Source: Lingula anatina (taxonomy: Eukaryota > Animalia > Brachiopoda). From it: a stretch of 64,000 nucleotides of DNA. The notes below the pieces were generated by a model that did not search any database, was not told the DNA's origin, and was given only the letters and a program-made list of their open reading frames with translations. The stretch lies in assembly GCA_051362555.1 (NCBI GenBank), contig CM120646.1, positions 4,216,001 to 4,280,000 of the forward strand. Reading direction: 5' to 3'. Below, piece after piece: positions 39,936 to 54,705 of this stretch. The translations under genes were made by a program, and so were the position numbers. Position 1 is the first letter of the stretch, and every line of letters starts with the position of its first letter.

Positions 39936-42900
39936 ATAACATTAACAGGATTACAGTGTCCAGGTGATATAGCAGAGTATTCATGTGAAGTGCAGACTAC
40001 TGCAGCAGTAGACAGTAGGGGAACAGCAACTTTTAGTATCAATCTATTTGGTAAGTTTCCCCTTTCATTGTTTTTAGTAGGCAGTTTTATGATAACTTTT
40101 TTTTTTCAAACCTCTCTGATCTGGTGTGATGTAACTACATGTCCACTATGTGGTAGTATTGTTTATTCAGTATGTGTCAAATTAAGTACACCGAATGTTT
40201 TATTTTCCTATTCTTTAGCATGAAATAATGCTGGACCTACATGAACGATAGGCGTTTTAATTCCATTAAGATTGTTTTAATAATATACATGTATATAAAA
40301 ACAAGTAATCAATTTTTCTGTGAATGTTGCTTATATGTTAGAATTACGGTATGCAGTAAACTAATGTTTCTTTTCACTAATTTTAAATGATTGAAAAAGT
40401 GTCTTTTTAAAGTAACTACCCTAATTCATCTCTTTTCCAAATTTGCAAGTTTGTGTAAAATGATTGATGTTATAATATTTTGAAGTATTGGTACATGTAA
40501 CAATCTCATGCTAACATCCTCGTATCCTGAATAATTGAAAAAAAATTATATCTCATTCTCATAATCACAAGATTATTTGAGGTGATTATTTTAATTAAAA
40601 TTCTCTAGATTTCGTGGGAAACAATATTACAATCACATCCGCACCAAGTCAGTTGCAAGCAGATCAGAATGCTTCCCTGACTTGTACAGCCAGTAATATT
40701 GAGCGACCGCCAGGCATCATGAAGTGGTACAAAGGCTCTCAAGAAATCACCACTGGATTTACTCAGCAGACAAGTATCAATAGTGATGGTTGTACATATA
40801 ATGGAGTTAGTAGTCTCAGTATTTCACCGGCATCCCAGGATGATGGTGTTATGTATAAGTGTGTTGTTGAACCAAACTCTGCAGTGACTGGAGACTCCTC
40901 AAAGCAAGGAAGGTATACACTGGATGTACAATGTAAGGATTTTATCCCGTCTTGAAATTTGTGTTTAAACTGCAATTTTATATTTATACACATTTTGATT
41001 GTCATTCCATCTGTGTTTCCCACGCAAGACGTACATTACACATTGTTTGTCATCTTTCCTTTGATTTATTATTATTTGTTACATCTTTGCTAGATTTTCC
41101 TTTTGTGAAACTGTGTATCTTATATTATGCAAACATTTATTTCTTTTCTATCCACATTTTAAATATCAATATATTGCATTTTTCAGACCCAGTGCGACAG
41201 GGGCCAACGGTGACATCATCCACTGGTACATGGACAGCTGAGCAGGGAACAACATTTACTCTCAACTGTCAGGCAAGCGGCAATCCAAGTCCAAGCTATG
41301 TGTGGACCAGTCCAGATAATACCAACTCTACTGGCTCTCAGCTTATACTGACACTGACTAATACTGGAACCTTTTTGTATACTTGCTTTGCCACCAATAG
41401 TTTGACGACATCACCATTTCCAACACCTGTCAGAGTGACGGTACAAGGTAGGTGCTATATCAAAATTCAATCCATGGAAAAGTAGGTCGCGCTGTATGAA
41501 ATATCTCCAGGTTTTTGTCTAAGAAGGGGTTCGTTAATAAACAGAGTTCCAAGGGACCCCTAGTGCTGATATACATGTATCCATCTGTTGCATTGAGAGA
41601 TAAAACTCAAAGCAGAACAAAGACATTGTTACCAGACATCCAGGCAAGGTCTTCCCAGTCACCAAGGTGCTCATACCTTTATCACACCGTGATATGTTTC
41701 ACAACTAAAAAAAAATCTGCCACGAGTGAAATCCACGGCCCATATGTAAGTCTAGAAATTTAGAATTCAGAATACGTTTTGAGCATGGTAACAATTGTCT
41801 AAACGGTTGCGGACAGGACATACCTTTTTTATTAAGGGAAAGTGCTGAAATTTCGTTTCCTTTTTGAAGTGCAAATGTGATGATTTAGTGACAAACATGA
41901 CATAGTCAAAAATGGAAGTCGTTTGTTTTATTAAACTTACAGCCAGTTGATCCAATTTCTTGTTGTCCTATGCTTGATAGAGAAAATTACTACAACAACA
42001 ACAACATCCACGACAACATCAAGGACAACATCAACGACACCAGTAGCAGTAGCATCGTCAGCAACTGACACACTTACAGGAGGCGAGGTTTTACATAGCA
42101 CAGGTAATGGGCGGGGCTGAATGGAAATATGTGTTTAATCTTTGACCCCAAATAAAGCGGATCAAATATTTTTAAACGTATTTGGAGTACTTGGATGCAA
42201 AATGTTCTTTTCGTTGTGTTGTTCAATTTGATGTTGTTTTGCGTCAATGTGCCTTTTTATTTTAAAATTTTGCATCTCTTAGGCGTGTTGGCTGGCGCAG
42301 TTGTGGCATCGGTGATAATAACACTTGTAGTCGCGGTTGCTTTATTTGTTCTGTATCATGTGAGTAGAAAAAATTACGTTTTTATTTATGTTTTTATTTC
42401 ACTTAAGTCTTCTGGTAAAAAAATTACATTGGTTATTTTATGATGATTCAAACCTCAAAGTTTCATAAACGCAATCTTTTAAAATATATAGAAGATAAGA
42501 GAAGATAAATAAATAACAGACTAGTGTGCACATTTTGTTATGCACTGGATGTACAATGTACATGTGTCATTGACGTTTTCCTTTTGTAGAGAGGCATTCT
42601 GCATAGATTTTGGAAGAATAGACAATCTGCAGACACTGTTGAAGTGGATGTTACGGAAGGCAAAAATGAATACGCCGTGCTAGAAAGAAAACCAGATGTT
42701 AATGAGGTATAGTAGATAGAATCCACGTGTTTACTTTGTATTACTAAACCAAAAAAATTGAATTCATCTGGTTCTTTGCTCACTGTCCTATTGTTGGACT
42801 CCTGACTTTTATTGGACGGAGAAATACACGTGGCATATTTGGGTCTTTTATTATTTAATAGGAAGCTGACATGAAACACCTTCCGTATTGAAAAAATATT

Positions 42901-42964
42901 TAATGCTTTATCCACACGTTTATTTCAGCCGGATCACACTTACGCAGCACTTCAGGAAAGATGA
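39936..42964 (+). pseudogene. IgSF receptor copy D, 5'-truncated (leader and most of V lost)
   Basis: V 3' remnant 39936-40050. Intact exons 40609-40932, 41187-41447, 41981-42103, 42283-42359 and 42590-42706. The last exon 42929-42964 has a 1-nt deletion giving PDHTYAALQER*. Confidence 0.8.
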
Positions 42965-43686
42965 CGTCATTCAATACACCACCAGGAAAATGAGGAGAAG
43001 GGCGTAGAACAGTAATCAAACGCGACATGTACATCATCTTCACTGGACCAAAGAATGTCGATACCTCGGCCGGACAGTGAACAGAATTAGATAGAAAAAT
43101 AATTTATCAGATTTCAAAACGCTGATGTTAACAGCTGACATTAAAACGGTGTCCAGTCTGTCAAAACTACCAAGCTACCAAAACAACGAAAAGACAACGT
43201 ATTTTGATAATGATTTTGTCGAAAACTAGAACTGTTTATATGAGTTCAAACACTAAAAAGAGCCCTGGTCCGACCAATGTTCAGTCAAAATTATTTCGGA
43301 GGCTGCCTGTTCTTAATTTGTGTGAGAAAGAAATTATATTTACGGTAAAACAGCTGTAGGTATTATCACTCACATTTTAAGCTTCGCTTTCATATTATTT
43401 ATTTCATGACATTATCGAGGGTTATATTAAACAAAGACAGTGCCGAGTGTACTACAGAGAAAAGGAGACAGTGAAAGATACACTTCCTCCATAGCCTCTA
43501 TGATTTTGTCAAGCTTAAGCTTTTGACAAAATTTTAAAATCGTAAACTGGTAGGCCGTATCGTTATGGTAGATAACATTGCACATTCCCCGTGAAGACAT
43601 TGTTCGGTGCACGTGTGGTAATTGTACGTTCGGTGGACTTGCCGTTGAACTTAATGTTGGTCTCTTTCCCTTAAAATTTAGTGTTA

Positions 43687-43900
43687 GGGCGCATTCCCAT
43701 AGATTTTAGATCGATCTATCCCCGTGGGGAGTCTCACTAGATTGTTGTCAGATAATCCGGCTTAAATGTCCGTCCCGCCCACTACAAGCTGTAAGGGGGT
43801 AATTAACTTTCGTGCCCGTTCGGCTGACAGCTATTTAGCGTGAACCCCCCGGGAGTTAGGTCAATCTCGTTGGATCGATCTAATCTCTGGGAATGGGGTC
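43687..43900. mobile_element. PIF/Harbinger-like MITE (TTA TSD)
   Basis: TTA|GGGCGCATTCCCATAGA..TAGATCGATC ... GATCGATCTAATCTCTGGGAATGGGGTC|TTA. Truncated copies near 15917 and 51082; absent at the paralogous site near 26940. Confidence 0.65.
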
Positions 43901-44646
43901 TTATTTACAGTTTCCTTATTCTGACCACATGGAGGAAACATCGTAGGGGGCAGTACCAACAACGTGTCGATCGCACGGAAGGCTTACGGCAGCTGCATTG
44001 AGACTGAAAGGGTTCCGTACGATCACTTTTCAACCTAAAAACTGATTTTTTTTCCTACATGACCTACACGGCAAGTGTCCTCTAGGCTTTTCCTGCTATC
44101 GACAGGTAGAATCTCAGTTAGGCGATGTATGATATAGAAATAAAACCTAGTTTGAATCTTTTCTAACTGTCAGATTTGTGTTTACTCGGCCTAAAATTAT
44201 GCCCTTGTCTTTGATGAGGACGTTTAGATATCCCGACTATACAGTCCTGCTTTTCACAATAATGTTTATCTTTTGGGCTAAAAGCTGGACTTAATAAGCT
44301 TCGCAATTAATATGCAGTTCTTCGCGATGTTTTTCTATGCTTTTAAGACCACTTTGTGGAAAATCAACAATTCACAAACAAAGACATAACTCTGTGAAAA
44401 ATATCCATCCCAGCTGATTTGCGAACTTGAAGTGTATTGTGAGTTTGAGAACATTTACGATGATGTCAACACAGTTGTATTTCACTGTCCTAAATTACCT
44501 TTACCAAAAGTCACAACGGTAAGCTCATTGTGATCCTTGACCTCCTCATGTCAAACCTTGTCGATGTTTTCTGAACAAGCACGCTGTTGTTAGGTGAATG
44601 GTTAAATACGGAAGTAATACAGTTCGAGGACAAAGTTGAGGTCAGC

Positions 44647-46900
44647 CAAGAAGTTATAATGAGAAGGAGTAGAAACAAGGGGTTTCCTTTCATCCTATCC
44701 TCGTAACGGGCTTAATCCTAATAATTACCCAGCTTGTGGTCTTAGGGAGAGCTTGTGCGTAATACATATTCAAAAGACTATTCACGTGGGTTGCTTCAGC
44801 CAATTGGGATAAAGCCTCGCGAAGTCTCTAATAATCTCACAGAGAAAACATGGTGGGATTACAGAAAGGTGTAGAGAGAGATTTCAAGCCTGGACGCAAC
44901 CATTTCGGGAAATAAAACTCAAATTATGCAAGATACACCTTCATTTGATCTAGAGCCGATCAGTTATACAAAATTTAGTTTGACATCAAGAATGTATGAG
45001 AACAATTTCACAAACCCACCTTCAACGCTAAAATTTGCACCTGTAGAAGTCTCATATTTATTTTAAATTATTTTTGTCGTATAAAGGCGTGTAAAGGAAA
45101 TTTACCTTCATCTAGGAATGACACATTCAATTCACAGCCGTGTACACAAAACAGTAGTACTTGCAATTTCCGTATGCCAGCCTCGTTTCTTTCTTTTTTG
45201 GCACATTATTGCTTATATACCAGGTAGAACTTAAACAGGAAAATTGGGGAAATGTAAATAAGTTATTGCACTTAGTATGATTCTAAATGAAATTTCATCA
45301 ATACATATTTTTGTTTATATCTTTGTCTAATACATGAGGCCAACTAATAGTAGACTGATAGTTTAAATTCATTAGAAGAAAAAAACAAAGAAATGTTTTT
45401 ATTGATTGATATTGCTTTATTTCAACATTCGAGCAACTTGTATATTATCTAAAACAAAGTACCAGCAATGAAAATATATCAATATTGTTACACCCAACAG
45501 TGATTAAAGCAATACAAAAATGGTTAGTTTTTATTTTGATGTGGTGATTATTTTATTTTATACTTTAGACAATTAGCCAGTGAACACTAAATTCCCTTTT
45601 AAAACTTGGACCACTAAATTCCCTTTTAAAACTTGCACCTCTTGTGCACTATAGTTTAATATTAGTGGTGGTAAGAAAACAGAGCCTTGTGCCTCATCAA
45701 GTTGCTGCTGGAAACAATCATTTTGACTGTTCAATTATGGCTACATGTACATCTGCCAGCAAAACTAAAGATCTTTCACCTGCATTCTCTTCAACCTGAA
45801 ATGAGTAAGTGCGGAATTCATTACAAAATATAACTCTATATCCTAAACGAAACTCTGCAAACATCATATTGCAATGAAAAATTGAAAAAAATTCCGAGAG
45901 TTCCCTGTCATCAAATTTTGGACCCACCATTTTGAAAAAGTCCCATGAAAAGTTGTTTATTTGAAATGATGTTTTTCATCTAAAGGATTGATTCATTTAA
46001 TATCACAATGTTATATTGTAATGGTGCACGTGCTTAACTAACCAGAAAAACATAAATTATGTGCTTACACCACGTTAAAATTAGCAAAAATTGTCCCAAA
46101 CTGTCACCCAACTGTCTCTAACCAATTTAGGGACCCGCCATTTTGAAAAAGTCGGATGAAAAGTTGTCTATTTGAAACGATGTTTTTCATCTAAAGGATT
46201 GACTCTTTTAATATCACTGTGATGTATTGTAATGGTGCACGTGCTTAACTAACCAGAAAAACATAAATCATCTGCATACACCACGTTAAAATTACCAAAA
46301 ATTGTCCCAAACTGTCACCCAACTGTCTCTAACCAATTTAGGGACCCGCCATTTTGAAAAAATAGGATGAAAAGTTGTCTATTTGAAACGATGTTTATTT
46401 CATCTAAAGGATTGACTCATTTAATACTAAAGGGATGTATTGTAATGATGCACGTGCTTAACTAACCAGAAAAACATAAATTATGTGCATACATCACGCA
46501 CTTAAGAAGAAAAAAGTCCTAAACATGGAGGTCCCGCTGAATCGGCCTCAGATCTTCGAACTAACGCTGCTTTCTGCACTGACAAATTTGACTGACAGCC
46601 ACCGTATGAACATAAAACAATGCTCAAAGCAGATTATCAACTCTCACTCACCTTTATATCGCTCGACTTGGCGTTTTTCTAAGTATAACTTCCAAATATT
46701 CGCATTAAACATGAATAAATCAAGACGTATACGCACTGGTTCAGCTTCTCCGTCTTGAGTCACGCGGAGGCGAGCGGAGGATTAGACCAGTTACGAGGAT
46801 CGAATTTCAAAGGACGCCGCTTGAAAAGAATGCTGCGATCTGATTGGACGAGAGAGATAATTGATGTCCCGTTTCTACTCCTTCTCATTATAACTTCTTG
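44647..46900. mobile_element. P/Galileo-like non-autonomous TIR element inserted 25 bp upstream of the copy E start codon
   Basis: Perfect 30-bp TIR CAAGAAGTTATAATGAGAAGGAGTAGAAAC with 7-bp TSD GGTCAGC. The empty site is seen in paralogs (gttgaGGTCAGCtgacac near 10966). Superfamily inferred from TIR start and TSD length. Confidence 0.8.
45920..46500. repeat. About 211-bp tandem repeat, about 2.8 copies, inside the TIR element
   Basis: ggaccc(a/g)ccattttgaaaaa recurs at 45920, 46131 and 46342. Confidence 0.9.
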
Positions 46901-46925
46901 GGTCAGCTAACACGCAGCGTTCAAA

Positions 46926-49900
46926 ATGGGCGGCAAACTACATAATACTGTGCGAGCACTGTGGGTTTACCTGGTTTGCTGCCACCAAGGTAAGATTCGC
47001 TTGCAACGTAAGGGCTACATACAGCCGTAGATACGTTAGCTGCACTAGAAAAACGACTGGAAGCAAATATAGACCAATATAGGCAACTACTGCCAAATAT
47101 TCCGAGGAGCACTGAACGCTCTTGTGTAAGTCCCGTTTACATGTAGATGCAACCCATCCATAAACGGTGCGATGGTCACTGGTCACAAGACTTCAGCGAG
47201 TGTCATACACTTATAAAACTAGATCTCTGACGCACAATGCCGGAGACATAGAGATATAGCTGCGAAGACTATCGAGATCATTTGGAGACCTCTTCCAGCT
47301 CCTAATGAATTGAGGACCACTTTCCAGTGAGGAGGGGATTCCCCACGATGTACGCTGGACTTTCTCTGAGCTGTTTAACAAGCTATGTGTGACAGGAATG
47401 GTTTTCCTAGGAATGGAAGTCCGGACTCCTAAATGATTAGTATAGGTTAAAGTTATAGTCTGAGTATTGGAGTGAGTATATGGGACGGATGTCACCTGTA
47501 CGATGGCGAACGGACTGCGATTCCTAGCGGACTTTCATGCCTGTCACAACGGTCGTATCTGAGATCACGTTTGCTATTTTTTCTTAATATCGGGGTAGAT
47601 CGTGTAATTTTTTTGATATTTCAAAATATGAAATAAATTCTCTTTCAGTTCTTACGTTTGACGTGACAAAATCTGGACAGACGTATATCAGAGTAGGATC
47701 ACAAACCACGTTGACGTGTCAGTGGACAAAATCGGCTGGGGTTGACCTTCTGAGAGTAAACTGGAGACAAGGTTCTACAATAATAGCAGGTGCTATCTTA
47801 CCTAACTATACACTTATATATCCTGACTCTAGTGTAAAAGACCGTGTGACACTGGGCACTCTAACCTCTACAAGTACCAGAACATCAATAACATTAATAG
47901 GATTACAGTGTCCAGGTGATATAGCATAGTATTCATGTGATGTGCAGACTACCGCACTACAAGACAGTTCTGGGACTGCAAGTTTCGATGTGAATCTATT
48001 TTGTAAGTGTTATAAAAATATATCACGTTTTCATGTATAATTATTTAGCATCAAAGCATGTGATAGCATAAAAGAATGCCAGACGTACATGAACAATAAA
48101 CTTTTTGATTCCATTTATACGGTTTAAAGATCATATTTGGAAAACAAGTTGACATATTTCAGTGAATGATACATGTATATTACAGTAACGGTATGTAGTA
48201 TGCTGGATGTTTCGTAAATTATGAACGATTGGCAAAGTGCCTTTTGAAAGTAAGTAATTCAATTTCAAAATTTTAATTTGGAAAATTGTTAAAACAAGGT
48301 TTTGTAAAACGATTTTTTCTGAAGTTTTCATTGGAAACGACATCGTGATCACATCCGCACCAAGTCAGTTAAAAGCAGGCCAGAATGCCTCCCTGACTTA
48401 TACAGCCAGTAATATTGGGCGACCACCAGGCATCATGAAGTGGTACAAAGGCTCTCAAGAAATCACCACTGGATTTACTCAGCAGACAAGTATCAATAGT
48501 GATGGTTGTACCTATAATGGAGTTAGTATTCTGAGTATTTCACTGACATCCCAGGATGATGGAGTTATGTATAAGTGTACTGTTGAACCAAACTCTACAG
48601 TGATTGGAGACTCCATAAAGCAAGGAAGGTATACACTGGATGTACAATGTAAGTATTCTATCCCGTCTTTAAATTTGTGTTAAAACTGCAATTTTATATT
48701 TATACACATTTTGATTGTCATTCATCTGTGCTACCCACGCAAGACTTACATTACAAATTGTTTATCATCTTTCCTTTGATTTATTATTTGTTACATCTTT
48801 GCTACATTTTCGTTTTGTGAAACTGTGTATTTTATGCGAACATTTATTTCTTTTCTGTCCACATTTTTAAATATCAATATATTGCATATTTCAGACCCAG
48901 TGCCACAGGGGCCAAGGGTGACATCCTCCACTGGTACAGTTACAGTTGAGCAGGGAACAACTTTTACTCTCAACTGTCAGGCAAGTGGTAATCCAAGTCC
49001 AAGCTATGTGTGGACCAGTCCAGATAATACCAACTCTACTGGCTCTCAGCTTGTACTGACACTGACTAATACTGGAGAATATTTGTATACTTGCTTTGCC
49101 ACCAACAGTTTGACGACAACACCATTGCCAACACGTGTCACAGTGACAGTACAAGGTAGGTGCTATATATTAAAATTCAAATCATAGAAAAATAGGTCAC
49201 GCTGTATGAAATATATCCAGGGTTTTGTTGTTGGTATTGTGTTTAAGGGGTTCCTTGATAAACAGAGTTCCAAGGTGCTGAAATTTCCTTTCCATTTTAA
49301 AGTGAAAATGTGATGATTTGGTGACTGTCATGACTTAGTCAAAAGTGGAAGCCGTTTGTTTTATTAAACTTGCAGCCAGTTGATCCAATTTCTTGTTGTC
49401 CTATGCTTGATAGAGAAAACTACCACCACAACAACAACAACATCATCCACGACAACATCAACGACAACATCAACGACACCAGTAGCAGTAGCATCATCAA
49501 CAGACACACTCACATGTACAGGAGGCGAGGGTCTACATAGCACAGGTAATGGGTTGGGTCGAATAGAGATATATGTTAAATCTTTGACCCAAAATATACA
49601 ATGGATCAAATATTTTAAAACGTATATGGAGTACTATGATGCAAAACGTTCTTTTCGTTGTGTTGTTCAATTTGGTGTTGTTTTGCGTCAATGTGCCTTT
49701 TTATTTCAAGATTTTGTATCTCTTAGGCGTGTTGGTAGGCGCAGTTGTGGCAGCAGTGGTGGTAACATTTGGGGTCGCGGTTGCTTTATTTGTCCTGTAT
49801 CATGTGAGTAGAAAAAATAAAGTTATATTTTTTTCCAATTTAGTCTTCGGACAAAAAAAATAAACAAATTATTTTATGATGGCGCAAAAGTTGTTAAGAT

Positions 49901-50420
49901 CTTTTAAATTATATTCAAGAGAAAATACATAACTGAACCAAAAGTTGTCCAGACTTGCGTGTACATTATGGATATATCATTGATATTTTTCGTTTGTAGA
50001 GGAGCATGGTGCATAAATTTCGGAAGAGCAGACAATCTGGTGATGCTGTTGAAGTGGATGCTATGGAAAGCAACAATGAATACGCCATGCTTGACAGAAA
50101 AGAAGTTATAAGTAAGGTAATAATACCAACCAGGTAGTAGAAAGAATCCACGTGTTTTGTTTCGATTTGAAACGGTGTCTTACTTTGTATTGCATAGCTT
50201 TCAAAGTTCAAAGTTCATAGCCAAAAAAGTTTCATTCGCCTGGTGTTTTGCGGAGAAATACGTGATATATTTGGGTATTTTACTATTTTGTAGTAAGTTG
50301 CCATGAAACACCTTCCGTCTTGCAAAAAAAAGTTCATTTTTATACACATTTCAGCCGGATCACACTTACGCAGCACTTCAAGGAAGGCTGACGTCATTCA
50401 ATACACCACCAAGAAAATGA
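46926..50420 (+). pseudogene. IgSF receptor copy E, pseudogene
   Basis: Exons 46926-46989, 47649-48002, 48325-48648, 48895-49155, 49414-49545, 49727-49803, 50000-50116 and 50355-50420. GAG>TAG stop at 47927-47929 in V. The canonical B-strand Cys of domain 2 is replaced by Tyr (48399-48401). Confidence 0.85.
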
Positions 50421-53400
50421 GAAGTGCGCAGGACGGTAAACGAACGAGACACCCACATCATCAGAGCTGGGCCAAAGAATGTCATTCCTCGGCCGGAAAA
50501 CGAACAGAATTAGAAAGAAAACTAATGTGTTGATTTTAAAACGCTGATGTTAACAGCTGACGTTAAAACGGGTTCCAATCTATCAAAGCTATAAGGCTAA
50601 GCTACAAAGAAAGTATTGCCAACTATCACACGCTTAAAACTCTTAAAATAGTCCTGGTCCGACGTCTATTCACTCAAAATTATTTCAAAGGCTGCCTGAT
50701 CATACTTTGTGCGAAGAAGAAATTGTATTTTTTAAAATTAGTATGTGGTAAAATAGCTGTAGGTATTATCACTCATATTTAAGTATAAACACTCGCTTTC
50801 ATGTTATTATTCCATGATATTACTGAGGTCATATTAAACAAAAATAGTCCCGAGTATACGGAGAAAAAGGGCACAGTGAGAGGGTACATCCTCTGTGATT
50901 TTGTGAAGCTAAAACTTTTGACAAAAATTTTAAATCGTAAACTCGTAGGCCGTATCATTATTGTAGATGGCATTGCCTAGTTCCCGTGAGGACATTGTTC
51001 GGTGGACTTGTGGTAATTGTACGTTCGGTGGACCTGCCGTTGAACTTAATGTTGGTCTCTTTCCCTTAAAATTTAGTGTTAGGGCGCATTCCCATAGATT
51101 TTAGATCGATCTATCCCCGTGGGGAGTCTTACTAGATTGTTGTCAGATAATCCGGCGTAAATGTCCGTCCCGCCTACTACAAGCTGGGCTAAAAGCTGGA
51201 CTTTATAAGTTTCGCAATTAATATGCAGTTCTTCGTGATGTTTTTCTATGCTTTTAAGGGTTTTAAGAAGTTCAGCAAACGATAATGAAGAATGACCACA
51301 TCAAGTTCGAGAAATAGAAATATGTACGGTTCCCAACCAAGTAATAACATTTATCTGTTAAGTTTTTTTTTGCTGTTTGTGGACAGAGCAACTCGTTTAA
51401 AAGATAAGTTCACATAAATTTGTGCAATTTTCGACATTCAAGCGATATAACACACTTTCACATTGTCCGTTTTTCTGGTAACTTTTAGCACAGAATTAAG
51501 CATGGCCCAAGACTTGGTTGTGAATTACAATCTGGTGCCAGCAATTGTTTTTAATTTTGGTTTAAGGGATTCGTGCCCCAAATTACGTCCCATTTAACAT
51601 TGCTAATTCTTCTATGATACTTGTTCTCTTTAAAGATTTTTAGGCCAAAATTGCCCGTCAATGTAAAACAGACAAAAACCATGAAAGGAAACGCACATCT
51701 CGTCAAATGACTTTATAGTGAGTATGGCTGAGGTAATTTCTTATGACGATATCTAACTTTGTTTTAGGCTATCTCGGATGCTTTCTGTTACAGCAAATTA
51801 AAAACCGGGCTGGTGTTAATATCCAAGGGGATGCAAACCGACTTTTTAAAATAGACCACTTTGTGGAAAAGCAAACATTCACAAACAAAGACAAAACTCT
51901 GTAAAAAAAAACAATCCAGTTGAATGTCGGGCTTGAGGTGTATTGTGAATTTGAGAAAAACTTTTACGTTCGTATCAACATAGTTCTATTTCACTGTCCT
52001 AAATTACCTTCACCAAAAGTCATAAAGATAAGCTAAGTGTGACACTTGACTTCATGTCAAACCTTATCAATATTTTTTCTAAACAATCACGCTGTAGGAG
52101 AGTAATAAAACAGTAGTACAGTTCGAGGACAAAGTGAAGCTCAGTTGACAAGCAGCGTTCAAAATGGGCGACAAACTACATAATATTGTGAGGGCACTGT
52201 GGGTTTACCTGGTTTGTTGCCATCAAGGTGAGATTTACATGCAAGGTACTGCATTCGTTATGTGAGGGTCCTTTTTCACTACATTGATAATCCTTTTTTA
52301 CCACCTTGGACCCCATGCTATGCATTAAATATGCCATTTAAAGTAAAAACCCTGGAGTTGGGCACAATGGGCTCAGCTTTAGATAACGCAATCTGTTAAA
52401 CTGCTAAGGAGATTCCCAGGCTCTGCACACAGAAAAGAATAAAACGATTCCATGTTGTAACGCCAGCAGAATATATTTTGTCAAACTAACAGTTACATGA
52501 TACAATCTTGATCTATCCAATCTTCCACCCATCCCCTCTAAGTTCACAGATTTTTGTGCTTAACGCTATCAATTAAAATGTCAATCACGTAAATCATAAA
52601 CTGATCGATGAATACAAATCCAAGTCCTCCCCGGCAAGGTGGGCACAAACAAAAGCAGAGCAAAGATATGCATTGTTACCAGACAACCAGACTTTGAGTT
52701 TTAAAATAACATTAACGTTAATATTAAAACCAGTTCACTATCACGGTTTCACTGTCCTTATTTTTACATCAAGTGTCACAACGATAACCTCATGTACATT
52801 TTTTTCTAAACAAGCACGCTGTTGTTAGATGAATAGTTAAACACGGAAGTAATGTAGCTCGGGGACAAAGTTGAGGTCAGCAGCGTTCAAAATGGGCGAC
52901 AAACTATATAATATTGTGCGGGCACTGTGGGTTTACCTGGTTTGCTGCCATCAAGGTAAGAATTACCTGAAAATATGAGTAAGATACTTTAACTGCACTA
53001 GAAACTAACCGATACTGCTGAACAAACTACTGCTGAACATCCTGGGGTGCGGTTTATTAGGTTTACTGGGAACGCTCAAGATTGTGCAACTCCTCCACAG
53101 TGTGATGGTCACTGGTCGCAAGTTAACTCGAAGTTAAACCGTCACTGTCCTTTGTCTCCAGCCAGGTAATCTTTTAAATGTGTATTGAATGGGCCCTTGT
53201 GTGTCCACCTTCCGGGGGCGAACTTGAATTTGAGTGAACCAATCAGTTTATGATTAACTGATTGGTATTTGAATTGATGAAGTTTAACGTAAAAGCTGTG
53301 AACTTAAATACTAATTAAAAGGAGAGGTTTGGATTGAAGTTTAGATATGACCATGCTTGTACCATGTAACTTTGAGTAAAGCAAAATATATACATACCTA

Positions 53401-54674
53401 GGGATGTTATGTGACCGTGGCGTTATGATGATCACTGAAGCCTGTTAATTTAGACAAGCTTCAGTGAAGATCGAGTTTGATTTTGACCATATTCCGTCAC
53501 CGCCTCGTCGTCAGAAATATCACCAAAAAGTAAATTTCTTTCTCCTTTGCATTTGTGAAAAATTAGTTTGACTATATACCCGTCCGACGCTCCTTGTTTA
53601 TCAGAAATGTCACTTAAAAGTAGAGGTTTTGCCTTCTTCAGCAGGCCCAGCTAGGTGTGGCTCAACTGAGAAGCGCACGGTCGGTGTCGACGATTGCTTC
53701 AATACTTTTCACGCCAGTTGAACGTCCATGACAAGTATTTAGCAAAAATTGAACAAATTGGTCAGACATTACGTAAGAATTTGGTGGGAGGTGGCCAGCG
53801 CACGTGGACGAGTTTATTTCATATAACATCTCTAGAGCATGATATAGGGTCACTTTATTCGGTTTTAGGGGTGTTTTAGGATGAAATGACTGTATTTTTT
53901 CTCGGTATGTATGTCAAATAATACACTGTCACCCTCTCGCGATATATGCCATGAACACCTCTCGCTGACGCTCGAGGTGTTATGGCATATATCGCTCGGG
54001 TGACAGTGTATTATCTCACACATAATCTGTTGAAATTACAACATATAGCCATCTCATTCTTCTCTGAGGGCAGAGTTTAAGACAGAGTATTGGAATCTCT
54101 GTAACAGTTTTAAGGATCGCGTTATCAAAAGAAGAGAGATCACAAAGCCCAGCCGCTGAAGGGTTATTCAGGATTTTTGGCCTTTACTGTGACAAACTTT
54201 TACTTCGAATAAATCTTGTGAATATTATGCAAGCGTGCACGTGCTTAACAAAAAAGGTCCCTTTGTGGCAAGTCCGTCCCCTTTTTCAAGGGCTACTTCG
54301 ACCCTTGCCATGTATGTCACAACGCTAATTCTGATGGAAACTGGACAAAACGACACCGTCCATTTTTTAATGCCAACACTTAATATCTATCAGAATAAAC
54401 AGATGTAGATAATGTGTTGTTAATTGACAAAATAATGATAGAAAATATTTTAATAAATCTTGTAATATATCGGTCAATGCTTTTGCTGGTATTGTTGTTG
54501 CAATGTTATTTTTAAAATTGTCAGAGGTGAGCAATACTGTAGTGTTGTCTGCAAAGTTGACTCCGCTACTCAGTTTTATCGAGTAAAATGCATAGAAATT
54601 AAAAAAGTATTTTTTCTACTGGATTTTAGTGTATCTGCACACTTAGTCTAGACATTTTAAAAGTGAATTTATTC

Positions 54675-54705
<31 letters not shown>

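Noticed and set aside
45920-46500. CRISPR-like array
   Set aside because: Eukaryotic context; whole 211-bp units repeat without unique spacers.
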